64,000 bases of DNA, taken from the NCBI GenBank assembly GCA_965248355.1, contig OZ252098.1:3744001-3808000 (forward strand), written 5' to 3'. Of the stretch, positions 32,964-45,400 are shown in pieces. Both the position numbers and the translations under genes were made by a program. The notes below the pieces were generated by a model. That model made no database searches, was not told where the DNA came from, and was given only the letters and a program-made list of their open reading frames with translations. The stretch is from Candidatus Latescibacterota bacterium (GTDB lineage Bacteria > Latescibacterota > UBA2968 > UBA8231). How positions within the stretch are numbered: the first letter of the stretch is position 1; each line of letters begins with the position of its first letter.

Positions 32964-33661
32964 GATGCCAGGATCTCCATATGGTGGTCGCACAGGGCCT
33001 GCAGGGCCTTGCCGTCGCCCGACCACCCGGCGTCGAAGACCACCTGCCCTTGACGGAGGACCACCACGCGGTTGGTCGTCGGGGCGACGTGTTCGACCTT
33101 GTGCGCCACAACCACGGTGGAGGCGCCGGCGGAGGTCGCGCGGTGACCCAGGTTCCCGGCCACGGCCCGGGACGCCGCGCCGTCAAGGCCCGTGAAGGGC
33201 TCGTCCAGAAGCAGGACCTCGGGGTCGTGCAGGGTGGCGCGCGCCAGGGCGGCGCGTTGCTGCATGCCACGTGACAGGTCGCCCACCCGGGTATCCGCCC
33301 CCCCGGCCAACCCCACCCGATCCAGGGCGAGATCGGCGGCGACGGCCGGAACTCCGTAGAGGCGGGCATAGAACCGCAGGTTCTCTCTCGCCGTCAACTC
33401 GTCGTAGAGCTGGGTCTGGTGCGAGAGCAGGCCGAGCCGCCGCCGCCGCGACGGGGAGCGCCTCGGATCCTCTCCATCGAGCCGCACGAGGCCCGCTGAC
33501 GGGGCCGTCAGGCCTGCCAGCAGACGGAACAACGTGGTCTTGCCGGCGCCGTTGCCTCCGGCCAGCAGCAGATGGGTCCCAGGTTCCACCGTCAGGTCGA
33601 CCCCGTCGAGGGCGACCGTGTCGCCGTATTGCTTGCGCAGGTCTTCCACCCGCAGTTGCAC
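32960..33661 (-). CDS. ccmA: Heme ABC exporter ATPase CcmA
   Basis: GGNGAGKTT, LTARENL.F, LSRGMQQR, LLLDEPFTGLD; in the ccm cluster. Confidence 0.88.
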   Translation of the reverse strand: MQLRVEDLRKQYGDTVALDGVDLTVEPGTHLLLAGGNGAGKTTLFRLLAGLTAPSAGLVRLDGEDPRRSPSRRRRLGLLSHQTQLYDELTARENLRFYARLYGVPAVAADLALDRVGLAGGADTRVGDLSRGMQQRAALARATLHDPEVLLLDEPFTGLDGAASRAVAGNLGHRATSAGASTVVVAHKVEHVAPTTNRVVVLRQGQVVFDAGWSGDGKALQALCDHHMEILAS

Positions 33662-33673
33662 GGGGCTCGGGCT

Positions 33674-34807
33674 CTATCCGTCCAGACCGAGACGCCGATA
33701 GACTTCCATGGCTTCGGCCAGGATTCGTTGCCGCTGCGGCCCCCTCGCGTTCGCCTCTGGTGCGTCCCTTCCACCGGCCTCGAGCCTGGCCAGATCGGCC
33801 AGCAGAACCCGCCGCCGCTGTTCCAACTGCTCCCGTTCCGCTTCGGTCGGTTTTCCGCCGCCGATCACGGGCCGGGCAAGGGCGACGACGGCGACGAGGA
33901 CGACCGGAACGAGGGCCATCATGGCCCACTTCAGGCCCCAGCGCCACGGCCTCGGGACGGGCAGAGGCACCTTCACCGTGCGGCCGGGGGCCAGGTTCTC
34001 GAGGCGATAGTGGCGGTAGTCCTGATCCTGGAGGGTGATCGGGCCGAGATCCCGAAAGGGCGCCCCGAGGGACAGGTCCGGGGGCTGGAGGAACAGCTCC
34101 AGGCGATCTGTCGGGTAGATGGCGGTGTGCTCGTAGTCGCCGCTGGCGATGGCTGCTGCGGGAAGCTGGAAGGTGAAGGCAGCCTGGGTCGAGCCCGGGG
34201 GCAGGGGCCGGGTGTCGAACAGCCGGGCAGGCCCGGCGCGGACGAAGACGCCGGCGTGAGCCTGCAGACCCAGATGGCCGGCGGGAAGCGCCAACTCGAG
34301 CACCTGGCGCTCGTCGTCGACGAGGCGACCCACGTATGTGGCCGTCCCCCGGTTCTCCGCTTGCACCAGCTGCAGCACCTCGACGCCCCGATCCATCACG
34401 GACAGAAACAGGTGATGGGCCGCGATGTGGATTCGGGAGGGGTCCTCGGTGCCTTCGTGGACCTCGATGATCACCTGATCCTGGTCGCCCACCACCAGGT
34501 TCCGGGTGCCATACTCCAGGCCCTGGTAGTAGGCGGTCAGGGCGAAGGTGGTACCCGCGGTCAGGAAGGGACCGGCAAAGGAGAAGGCGCCGGACTCGTC
34601 GGTGGTGCGGCGCGCGACTTCGATGGTTCCGCCGCTGCCGTCCGGGATCTGGAAGGCGACCTCGACGCTGGGCACGCGCTCGTCGCGAAGGGCCTGGAGG
34701 ACGTATCCCCGAACGGTGTCGGCAGGCGCCGCTTCCAGTCCCAGGAGATCCGCGGCCAGCGCGGCGGCCACTACGGCGGCCGGCGATGGCCGGAGAGACC
34801 ATCTCAT
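33674..34807 (-). CDS. Hypothetical ccm-associated membrane protein (beta-rich periplasmic region, C-terminal TM plus coiled coil)
   Basis: Signal-like N-terminus, carboxypeptidase-regulatory-like start (VRGYV...TTDESGAFSF), TM, then LEQRRRVLLADLARLE. Confidence 0.65.
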   Translation of the reverse strand: MRWSLRPSPAAVVAAALAADLLGLEAAPADTVRGYVLQALRDERVPSVEVAFQIPDGSGGTIEVARRTTDESGAFSFAGPFLTAGTTFALTAYYQGLEYGTRNLVVGDQDQVIIEVHEGTEDPSRIHIAAHHLFLSVMDRGVEVLQLVQAENRGTATYVGRLVDDERQVLELALPAGHLGLQAHAGVFVRAGPARLFDTRPLPPGSTQAAFTFQLPAAAIASGDYEHTAIYPTDRLELFLQPPDLSLGAPFRDLGPITLQDQDYRHYRLENLAPGRTVKVPLPVPRPWRWGLKWAMMALVPVVLVAVVALARPVIGGGKPTEAEREQLEQRRRVLLADLARLEAGGRDAPEANARGPQRQRILAEAMEVYRRLGLDG

Positions 34808-35298
34808 GGGGCCGTCGAAGGCTCGTCGAAGCGCTGTCCGCAACCCGGACAGAATCGGTGCCCCGGTTCCCGTGTCCGGCCGCATCCGAGGCAGGGGTCG
34901 CCGGCCGAGGAGGGTTGCGCTGTGGGCGATTCCACACCGGATCCCGGTTTCCGGGCGGCCAGGTCCCGGACATCCACCTCGATTCGCTTGCGAAGGTCGA
35001 TATCCGGGTCCCGGGCCTCGAGCCGATGAAGCCGGGACAGGACGCCGAGGGCCCGGGACTCGAGCTCCTCCCGCAGCGAGTCATGATCGTCCTGGGACAT
35101 CTTCCCCACTCTGTGGTCGAACTCAAGCTCCTTGATCGAGGCGTAGAGCTGTTCCTTGCGCTCGGTGAGCTCGAGCCGTCGGCGGGCGCTGCCCGTTTGC
35201 CGCCGCCAGGCCAGAGGCGGTGCCAGCACCGGGTAGACGACGGCGGCGAGGAAGGCGGCCAGCAGGGCCAGGCAGGCGCAGGGGACGACGAAGCTCAC
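34804..35298 (-). CDS. CcmI-N-like membrane protein with C-terminal zinc ribbon
   Basis: TM, RKEQLYASIKELEFD...GK...D, CLGCG...FCPGCG. Confidence 0.75.
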   Translation of the reverse strand: MSFVVPCACLALLAAFLAAVVYPVLAPPLAWRRQTGSARRRLELTERKEQLYASIKELEFDHRVGKMSQDDHDSLREELESRALGVLSRLHRLEARDPDIDLRKRIEVDVRDLAARKPGSGVESPTAQPSSAGDPCLGCGRTREPGHRFCPGCGQRFDEPSTAP

Positions 35299-35304
35299 CC
35301 GGCT

Positions 35305-37773
35305 TCAGCCCTCGAAGCCGTCCAGCTCGCGCCGCAGCCGCTCGTCCAGGGGAGAGGCCCGGTGGTCGGGCGCGCGGGCCGGGGCAGCCTCTGGAGGGCC
35401 GCCGCGGCGCCAGCGCAGGAGGATCTGACGAACGCCGACTGCGCCGCCTGCGAGCACGACGAAGGGGATGACCCAGACGACGCCGTAGCCCTCCGGCGGG
35501 TTGGCCAGCACCATGGGACCGAACCGCTCCTTGTACGCGGCAACGATCTCCTCCCGTCCCTGCCCCTCCTCCAGCAGGCGGCCGATGCTCTCTCGTTCGG
35601 ACATGGCGAAGTGGCACAGGCAGGTGGCCAGCGACTCTCGGTTGCACGTGCCGCACAGGCAGACCAGGCTCGCTGCCACGGCCTTGGTCCCTTCCGGAGT
35701 CGGCGCCGCCTGGGCCGGGGCGCAGAGGGCGGCCAGGCACAGGCCGACGACGGCGGACTTCCGTCCGAGACCCCGGGGGCTGGGTGCGGCCCCTGGCTGG
35801 CTGCGCGCCGTGTCCCGGTCGAGGCGGGCCATGCGCCGGTCTCGCGCCGAGGGCCACATCGTCCACAGAGCGCTGATAACGAGCAGGGCCGCTCCCCACC
35901 AGACACAGCCGACGAGGGGGTTGATGTAGATCTGGAACTTGGCCGAGGTCAGGTCCGAGGATGGTCCCACGAGGATGAGATAGAAGTCCTCGAGCCAGCG
36001 CGAGTAGATGGCGACCTCCGTCGTGTTCTGCTCCGCGGTCTTGTAGAAGTGGCGCTCCGGCACCAGCGTGGCCAGGAATCGGCCGTCGTGCTCCAGGCCC
36101 ACGGCCGCGGCCTGGATCGACCGGTTGGCGTCGTCGCCGAAGGCCAGGGTTTCCAAGGTGGCCGTGTAGGCGCCGACCTGGGCGGATTCGCCGGGCTCGA
36201 GAACGACTTCCCGTTCGCTGGTGAAGGCCTGGCCGGTGAAGCCGACGAAGAGGAGCATGATCGATACGTGCACCAGGTAACCCCCGTAGCGACGGCGGTT
36301 CCTGGCCAGCAGCCGAGCGCCGGCGACGAGGGCCGGCTCCCGGGCCGTGCGCCCCCGGGCGGCGATGCCACGGGCGAACTCGAAGGCCACGGATCCGGCG
36401 ACGAAACCGCACAGGATCAGGGACACGAGTGGGAAGAAGTCGCGGACGCCGAGTACCGCCGCCACCGCGAGGCTCACCAGTCCGCAGATGGCGGGGATTC
36501 CGAAATTGCGGCGGAAACTCTCTCGCGACGTTCGTCTCCAGGCGAACAGGGGCCCTGCGCCGATGAGGAACAGCAGCACCAGGCCCATGGGCACGCTCAC
36601 CTGGTTGAAGAAGGGCGCCCCCACGGTGATCCTGTCGCCTGTGAAGGCCTCGGAGACCACCGGGAAGAGGGTGCCCCAGAGGATGGCGAAGAGCAGGGCC
36701 AGCAGGATCCAGTTGTTGAGCAGGAAGGCGCTCTCCCGGGAGGCGAAGGACTCGAGGCGGTGCTCGGCTCTCAGGAGGCGTCGCCGCGTGGCCAGCAACG
36801 CCGTCGACCCGGCCAGGATCAGCGCCAGGTAGGCGACGAAGAAGGAGCCCACGTTGGACTGGGCGAAGGCGTGGACGGAGGACACGATGCCGGAACGGGT
36901 GAGGAAGGTGCCGAAGATCGTCATGCCGAAGGTGAAGAACAGGAGTACCATGTTCCACACCTTCAGCATGCCCTTGCGCTCCTGGATCATCACCGAGTGC
37001 AGCAACGCCGTGGCCGCCAGCCAGGGCATGAGCGAGGCGTTCTCCACCGGGTCCCAGCCCCAGTAGCCCCCCCAGCCCAGCTCGACATAGGCCCACTTGC
37101 CGCCGAGCAGGAGACCGGCGCCGAGGAACATCCACGGGATCAGCAGCCACCGGCGCATGGCGTAGAGCCAGGTGTTGTCGAGGCACCTGGAAGCCAGGGC
37201 CGCGATGCCGAAGGCGAAGGGGACCGTCATGCCTACCATGCCCGCGTACAACAGCGGTGGATGAATGGCCATGTAGGGGTGCTGAAGGATGGGGTTCAGT
37301 CCGCTGCCGTCGAGGGGCGTGAAGGGCAGGCGCTGGAAGGGGTCGGCGGCGAAGAGATTCAACAGGCAAAAGAAGAAACACGAGGCGCCGAGAACGGCGA
37401 CCGCGTAAGGCATCAGGGCCCGGTAGCGGTGGCGGTTGAGGAGCACCACGGCGGCGGTGTAGAGGGACAGGATCCAACCCCAGAACAGGATCGACCCGTT
37501 CTGCCCTCCCCACAGCGACGCGACCACGTACTGCACGGGCTGGGCCCGGTTCGTGTTCTCCGCCACGTACTGGACCTCGAAGTCGTGGGTCAGGATCGCG
37601 TACCACAGCCCCGCCACCGCCACCGTGTACAGGCCGCAGACGGCCAGCGCGGCGTTCTCGCCGGAGCGGACCAGGCCTTCGTGGTTCCGGTGTGCCCCGA
37701 GAAGCGATGCCAGGGTCGCGTAGCCGCCTGCAGCCAGCGCCAGGCAAAGGGCGAAGTAGCCGATGTCGACCAT
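35305..37773 (-). CDS. ccmF: Cytochrome c haem lyase CcmF fused to a CcmH-like domain
   Basis: WGGQNGS, HPPLLY, WGGYWGWDPVEN, SVHAF; C-terminal LVCLCGTC...EEIVA.YKERFG..VLANPP + TM. Confidence 0.92.
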   Translation of the reverse strand: MVDIGYFALCLALAAGGYATLASLLGAHRNHEGLVRSGENAALAVCGLYTVAVAGLWYAILTHDFEVQYVAENTNRAQPVQYVVASLWGGQNGSILFWGWILSLYTAAVVLLNRHRYRALMPYAVAVLGASCFFFCLLNLFAADPFQRLPFTPLDGSGLNPILQHPYMAIHPPLLYAGMVGMTVPFAFGIAALASRCLDNTWLYAMRRWLLIPWMFLGAGLLLGGKWAYVELGWGGYWGWDPVENASLMPWLAATALLHSVMIQERKGMLKVWNMVLLFFTFGMTIFGTFLTRSGIVSSVHAFAQSNVGSFFVAYLALILAGSTALLATRRRLLRAEHRLESFASRESAFLLNNWILLALLFAILWGTLFPVVSEAFTGDRITVGAPFFNQVSVPMGLVLLFLIGAGPLFAWRRTSRESFRRNFGIPAICGLVSLAVAAVLGVRDFFPLVSLILCGFVAGSVAFEFARGIAARGRTAREPALVAGARLLARNRRRYGGYLVHVSIMLLFVGFTGQAFTSEREVVLEPGESAQVGAYTATLETLAFGDDANRSIQAAAVGLEHDGRFLATLVPERHFYKTAEQNTTEVAIYSRWLEDFYLILVGPSSDLTSAKFQIYINPLVGCVWWGAALLVISALWTMWPSARDRRMARLDRDTARSQPGAAPSPRGLGRKSAVVGLCLAALCAPAQAAPTPEGTKAVAASLVCLCGTCNRESLATCLCHFAMSERESIGRLLEEGQGREEIVAAYKERFGPMVLANPPEGYGVVWVIPFVVLAGGAVGVRQILLRWRRGGPPEAAPARAPDHRASPLDERLRRELDGFEG

Positions 37774-37782
37774 GCCGCGGGG

Positions 37783-38223
37783 TCAGATGCTGCCCGACGG
37801 CTTCAACGCCTCGGGGTGATCGTCGTAGCTCTGGCCCTCGTACTTGGACGGGCACTTGGCGTGCACGACCTCGGCCTCGAAGCGCTTCTGGGCGGGCATG
37901 AAACGGCCTTCCATCACGACTTGGGCGCGGTCCTGGAAGGTGTCGGGAAGCACGGCGTTGCCCGTGTAACGCACGGCCAGCTGGCGCTCGCCGTCGGTGA
38001 TCCGGAACCGGGGGCGATGGCGGTACTCGTCCCATTCGATCGTGCCCGGGACCACGGTGCAGCCAGCGAGCTGGATGCGGCGGTCCTCGACCCGGTCGTG
38101 GGCCTCGGCCAGCAGGACGTCGAGGGTCATGTGACGGCTGGCGGACTGGCGGATGCCCATGGCCAGCAGGGCGGCGATGCCGGCAGCAGCGGCTAGGGAA
38201 CCGAGGGCGAAGGCCCATCTCAT
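37783..38223 (-). CDS. ccmE: Haem chaperone CcmE, Cys (CxxxY) variant
   Basis: V.PGTI, F.ITDG, V.Y.G..LPDTF, AKCPSKY. Confidence 0.9.
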   Translation of the reverse strand: MRWAFALGSLAAAAGIAALLAMGIRQSASRHMTLDVLLAEAHDRVEDRRIQLAGCTVVPGTIEWDEYRHRPRFRITDGERQLAVRYTGNAVLPDTFQDRAQVVMEGRFMPAQKRFEAEVVHAKCPSKYEGQSYDDHPEALKPSGSI

Positions 38224-38341
38224 GGCGGCACTCGATCGGGGCCGGAGGGAAGGATGTCTCTGCCGTTGAAGATCCTCAAGGCGGGCGGGCACGGCAAATG
38301 GATCGATGGAACTGGCAAGACCGGTACCCCACCGCTGGCGT

Positions 38342-39478
38342 TCAGAGGGAGAGGTTCTTGGGAAAGGTGGTGAGATTGCGGCAACCCGCTTCCTCGACGA
38401 CCACCAGGTCCTCGATACGGACGCCACCGACGCCGGCGTAGTAGAGACCTGGCTCCACGGTGACCACCTGCCCCGCCGTCAGCCGGCAGGCACTACGGGT
38501 CATGTAGGGCGCCTCGTGGATCTGCAGGCCGAGGCCGTGGCCGGTGCCGTGGAAGAATCCCTGCATTCGGCCGTCGATCTGGCCGGACTCGTACCCGTCG
38601 GCGGTGAAACGCCGGGTCACGCCGGCGTGCACCTCGGCGCCGTCGACGCCATCGCGGATGCTCTCCAGAGCCCCCTGCTGGGCGGCCGCCACGGTTTCAT
38701 ATAGCCGCTGCGCCGGCCCGGACACGCGACCCCGGACGACGGTGCGAGTGATGTCGCCGTAGTAGCCGCTGACGGAGTGCCGGGGGAAGATGTCGATGAT
38801 GATCGGCCGGTGAGCGGGCAGAGGGCCGTGGCCGGTCTGGTGGGGATCGATGGCCTGCTCGCCGCCGGCCACGATCGTGTGCTCTCCGTGGCAATCGCAG
38901 TCGAGCAGGACGTGGTGGATGCGTCGTCTCACCACCTCCGAGGTCAGAGGTCCACCCGGCCCGACGAGGAGATCGTCCTGGATGGCGGACTCCCCGATCA
39001 TCGCCAGGGCCGCCTCCATGGCTCGCTCGGCCCCCTCCTGCGCCTGGGCGATGGCGGCCACCTCCTCCGGGGACTTGATCGCCCGCTGCGGAAACAGGGG
39101 GGCCTCGGCGATGGTCAGCGCGAACCCGGAGGCGCGCAGCTCGTCGGCGGTACGCACCGGGAAGTCGGAGGGCACCAGCAGGCGGCGTAGGTCCAGGCTG
39201 CGCAGGATCTCGCCGAGCTGTCCACCCGCCGCAGTGGATCCGTAGCCCGGAGCCTCGTACCGGGAGGCGGCCAGAACCTCGGCGCCGCGCACTTGCTCCC
39301 GGGCCCGGTCGAGCTCCAGGTCCTTGACAACCACCCAGGCGCTCTCGGCGGTGGCCACGTACGTGAAGGGATCGGGCGCCCCGAATCCGGTGGCCCACAG
39401 CAAGTCGGCGTTGCGCTCGGAGTCACCCACCAACAGCAATGCGTCGGCTCCGTTCAGATCGACCGGGGATCCGTTCAT
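38342..39478 (-). CDS. Xaa-Pro aminopeptidase (M24B)
   Basis: GYYGDITRT, HGTGHGLGLQIHE, TVEPGLY, GGVRIED. Confidence 0.92.
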   Translation of the reverse strand: MNGSPVDLNGADALLLVGDSERNADLLWATGFGAPDPFTYVATAESAWVVVKDLELDRAREQVRGAEVLAASRYEAPGYGSTAAGGQLGEILRSLDLRRLLVPSDFPVRTADELRASGFALTIAEAPLFPQRAIKSPEEVAAIAQAQEGAERAMEAALAMIGESAIQDDLLVGPGGPLTSEVVRRRIHHVLLDCDCHGEHTIVAGGEQAIDPHQTGHGPLPAHRPIIIDIFPRHSVSGYYGDITRTVVRGRVSGPAQRLYETVAAAQQGALESIRDGVDGAEVHAGVTRRFTADGYESGQIDGRMQGFFHGTGHGLGLQIHEAPYMTRSACRLTAGQVVTVEPGLYYAGVGGVRIEDLVVVEEAGCRNLTTFPKNLSL

Positions 39479-40904
39479 GGCTCGGTCTCCTCCACCGCCG
39501 GGATGGGAAGGGCTCTGACGTCGATTCCGTGGCCCTGGCGCCAGAGCCAGAACAGGGCCGATTCGCCCGCCTTCAGCCGCGCCAGGTCGCGTACGAATCG
39601 ATCGAGGGAGATGACGGCGGTCCTGTCTACCTCCGTGATCACGTCGTCTACCCGCAGACCGCGCCGCGCCGCCGGGCTCCCGGGCTCGACACTGGTGACG
39701 ACCACGGCGCTGGCGCCCTGGGGCCGCCGCAGCCAGCGCGCCACCTCGGTGGTGAAGCCCAGTCGCCGGGCCTGGTCCTCCCCCATCAAGCCGAGGGTCA
39801 GGCCGAGAAGCTCCGCCCGGCGCTGGCCGCGGGCCAACAGGAGGTTCTCCTCTCGCTCTCCGAGAACGACCGGGATCCGGTGCCGCCGGCCGGCGCGGAA
39901 GACCGTTAGCTGCACCTCTTCTCCCGGGTCTCGCCCGTAGATGCGTGTCTGCACCTCGTTGGCCAGGTTCACCGGCTGTCCGTCGATGGCGAGCACCACG
40001 TCCCCCACCGACAACTCGCTGCGGTCGGCGGGAGTATGAGGATCGATCCGGGTGATGTAGACGCCGCGCGGCGGGGACAGGTCCAGGTCGTGGCGCCGTA
40101 CCAGCTCGTCGTCCACGTCGCTCATCTGCACTCCGAGGTAACCCCGCACGACTCGTCCGTAGACGAGGAAGTCGTCCATCGCTTCCCGGGCCAGGTCGAT
40201 GGGCACGGCCAACCCGTAGCCCATGAAGAAGCCGGTCCGTGTCGAGATCGCCGTGTTGACGCCTACGACACGTCCCTGCAGATCCAGCAGCGGGCCACCG
40301 GAGTTGCCCGGGTTGATCACCGCGTTCGTCTGGATGAAGCTCTCGATGCCGTAATCCGCCTCGATCACCTGGGCCCGTCGACCGAGGGCGGTGACGATGC
40401 CGTGCGTCAGGGTGGTCCCCATGCCCAGGGGGTAACCGATGGCCAGCACCCAGTCGCCGATGAGCAGATCGTCGGAACGGCCAAGGGAGGCCACCGGCAG
40501 GCCGGGAGCATCGATCTGCAGCAAGGCGATGTCGATGAGCGAGTCCACACCGACCACGCGGGCCGGGAAGCCGCGCCGGTCGTGGAGGGTGACGCGGATC
40601 GAGTCCGCCCCCTTGATCACGTGATGGTTGGACAGGATGTAGCCCTCGGCGGACACGATCACCCCCGAGCCCAGGCCGCTGAACCCGCCGCCGTCCCGCG
40701 GGTCGGTACGGGGGTGGAACCGGGGCAGCTGCTGCAGGTCACCCGTGGTCCGGATCAGGACCACGGCGGGGGCGACGCGGTCGTAGACGGAGCGGAAGGC
40801 GCGTCCCAGGTCAGCGAACTGCTCCAGGCCGGACTGACCGGCGGCCGGCACGGAGGTGGTACCGGCCAGCAGGACCACCGCCAGCCACCGGATCGAAGGC
40901 CCTC

Positions 40905-40908
<4 letters not shown>
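39475..40908 (-). CDS. DegP/HtrA serine protease with two PDZ domains
   Basis: Signal peptide, GSGVI, SNHHV, DIALL, INPGNSGGPL. Confidence 0.93.
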
Positions 40909-42416
<1,508 letters not shown>

Positions 42417-42469
42417 TGGATCAGGGGTGGCGGCTGGACGAAAGGCCCCGGAGACCGGCAATTGGCGCC

Positions 42470-45400
42470 TCACGGGCCGGTTCGGCCGTGGATCGCCTCG
42501 ATGCGCTCGCGGGCGGCGCGTCCGTACTCGCTGGAGGCCCCTTCGCGGTTGATGATCCTCTGATAGATGCTGCGCGCCTGATCGAACTCGCCCAGTTGCT
42601 CGTGGCAGCCGGCACGCTGGAAGTCCGCGGAGTTGATCCAGTTGGTGCTGGCATCGGCGCCGTGGAAGGCGACCTGGGCGAAGGCCTGGATCGCCAGCCG
42701 GTACTCGCTCATGTTCTGGTAGGCCTGACCGATGTAGTAGCGGGCTTCGGCCGCGTCCTCCCCCTTCGCCCACTCCAGCACTTCCTGCAGGTAGGAGATG
42801 GCCGGTCCGTACTGGCCGGTCTCCTTGAGAATGTATCCGATCTCCAACTGCACCTCATGGCGGTTCGGGTGCCCGGGGAAGTCGCTCTCGATGCGCCGCG
42901 CCACCCGCAACGCCTCGTCCCACTGGTACAGCCGCGAGTAGCAGCGCAACAGCTTGTAGGCGGCTTCCTGGCGTTGCGCCGGCGTTGCCCGAGCCGACTC
43001 GAGGACGCGGCGGTAAGCACCCGCCGCGGGCAGCAGGTTGCCGAGGGTCTGGTGGAAGGCGGCCAGGCGCAGATGGACGTCGGCCGAGAAGGGAGAGTCG
43101 GGGTACTTGGCGGCGAAGTTGGACTGGGCCTGCAGGGCCCGGGCCGTGCTCTCCTCGCTCGGCTCGGAACCCATGCGTTCCCATTCGGCGGTGGCGGCCA
43201 GATAGGCGCCGGCCCCGGCCGGGTCGGAGGCCATGCGCCCCAGCAGTCCTTCCGAACCCTGATCCCCGGGGGCCTGGCCGGGCCGGCCGGCAGCCTCCTT
43301 GGCGACCTCGGCGAACAGCTTGCGGGCTCGTTCCCACTTGCGGGCTTTCAGCAGCGCCCGGCCCTCGTAGAGGCGAAACAGATGGGGCCACACGCCGTCG
43401 TCATCGTAACGCTTCCCGTGCTGTTTCGCCCAGCCCTTTGCCTCCTTCACCCGGCCCAGCTCGAACAGGCAGACCACGGCGCGGCCGACGCTGGCCTCCG
43501 TGACTTCGTCGCTGTCGAGCCGAGGCCCGTACAGGGCCCACGCCTTGCCGTAGCGCTGAGCCTGGAAGTGCAGGCCAGCGGCGCCCAGGCCGGCAGTGGC
43601 CGCCAGCGGACCACGCACCTTTGAGTACGCGGCCAGCGCCTCGTCGGCGCGGCCCAGGCGGCCGAGCAGCCGGCCCCGGGCCAACTGCAGCGAATCGGCC
43701 GAGCCGGCCCCTTCAGCCAGCAGCCGGTCGTAGAGGGCCAGGGCCGATGGGAGGTCCCCGGCCAAGTCATGGGCCCGCGCCAACCGGTAGCGCAAGGAAC
43801 CGTCGACATCGCCGGCGGGGTCTGTGGCAGCGAGAGAGGACAGCAACTCCCCGGCCCGGCGTGGTTTTCCCAGGCGGAAATGGATATCGGCCAGGAGTTC
43901 CTGCGCCTCCCGCCGGCCCTCGAAATCGGGGTATGCCAACACCAGCTCGCCGAGGGTTGTGGCCGCCTCCTCGAGCTTGCCCGCCTGCGCCAGGGCGCCA
44001 CCGAGGGTGGCCAGGACCTCCGGTTGCAGACCGCCGCCCGAGACCTGGGGCAGGAGCGCGGTCAAGGCGTCGATGGCCGCTCCGATCTGTCCCCTCCGCA
44101 ATCGCACGGTGGCCCGGCCGAAGCGGCCGTGGGGGGCCCAGCGGGTGTTCGGGGCCTCGCTCAGCAGCCGGGCGTACACGGAGTCGGCTGCGGCCAGCCG
44201 GGCGGTGTCGCCGGCCGCAGCCAGGAGCCGGCTGTCGGCAAGTCCGCTCAGAGCCCGGGCGCGGGCCTCGCGGGTGTCGTCGGACAAAGGGTTGCGCTCG
44301 AGGAATTCCGTGTACCCGGTTTCCAGGATCCGCGGCCTCTGGTCGTTCGGGGCGGCTTCGGCCATCGATTCCACACGACGAAGCAGAGCCAGCCTCGACC
44401 ACTCACCGTCACCGGACTCTCCGAGCAGGGAATCCTCGTGCAATGCCAGGGCGCGAAGGGAATCGCTGGCAGCCCTCAGGCCCTCGAGCTGACGCTGGCG
44501 TGCGAGTCGGTAGAGGCAGCCGGCCAGGTAGAAGCGGGCCTCGGGCGCCGACGGGTCGTCGGGGTAGGAAGCCGCATAGATCTTCCAGGCCCGCACCGCG
44601 CCGGGAAAGTTCTGATGGTCGCGCAAGGTCCGGGCCACCTCGAGCAGGACCTGCCGGCGAGGCACCCCGGTGAGTTCGTCCACCCAGCCCCGCTGCAAGG
44701 CCAGGGCGAGCCCTTCGGCGTCGGTTATCGTGTAATGGTCCAGATATTCGACCCGCTGTCTCACCGGCGAGGTTCGGGGATGGCGCGGAAAGCGGTCGAG
44801 GAAGGTGCCGTACTCGGCGATCGCCAGCCGGCGGGTACCGGCGCCGTCATAGGCGGCAGCCAGTCCGTACTGGGCTTCGGCGGCCACCGGGCCGGAGCCC
44901 CGGCTCAGTTCCGTGAATAGGCGGATGGCTTTGTCGTGGTAGCCGCCGGCGTCGTATACCTGTGCCAGGTGAAGACGGGTGAGATCTCGCTCGGCCTCCG
45001 ACTCCGGAAAGTCGTCGCCCAGGCGCTCGGCCTCATCCAGGTAGCGCAGGAACCAGGAGCGGGCCCGGGTCAGATCTCCCTGCCGGCGGTACAGGGCGCC
45101 GAGCTGGCGAACGGCGGCAGCCGAGTGCGGCGGGGGGGGCTCTCCGATCGAAGGACTCTGCACGAGCTCCATTAACAGACCCACAGCGGGTGCAAACCGC
45201 CCCACCTGTCCGAGAGCGATGGCGCGGCCCAGCATGGCCCGGCCTCGCACAGCCTCGTCTACGCCTGTGGCGGGACCGGGACGTGACAGCGGCTCGTAGA
45301 GAGCCAGGGCCTCCTTGTACCGTCCCACGAGGCGCAGAGCGTCGGCGTGGCCCAGCCGCGCCCTGGCGTTTCGCCCCGGGTCTCGGCTCCTCCGGGCCGC

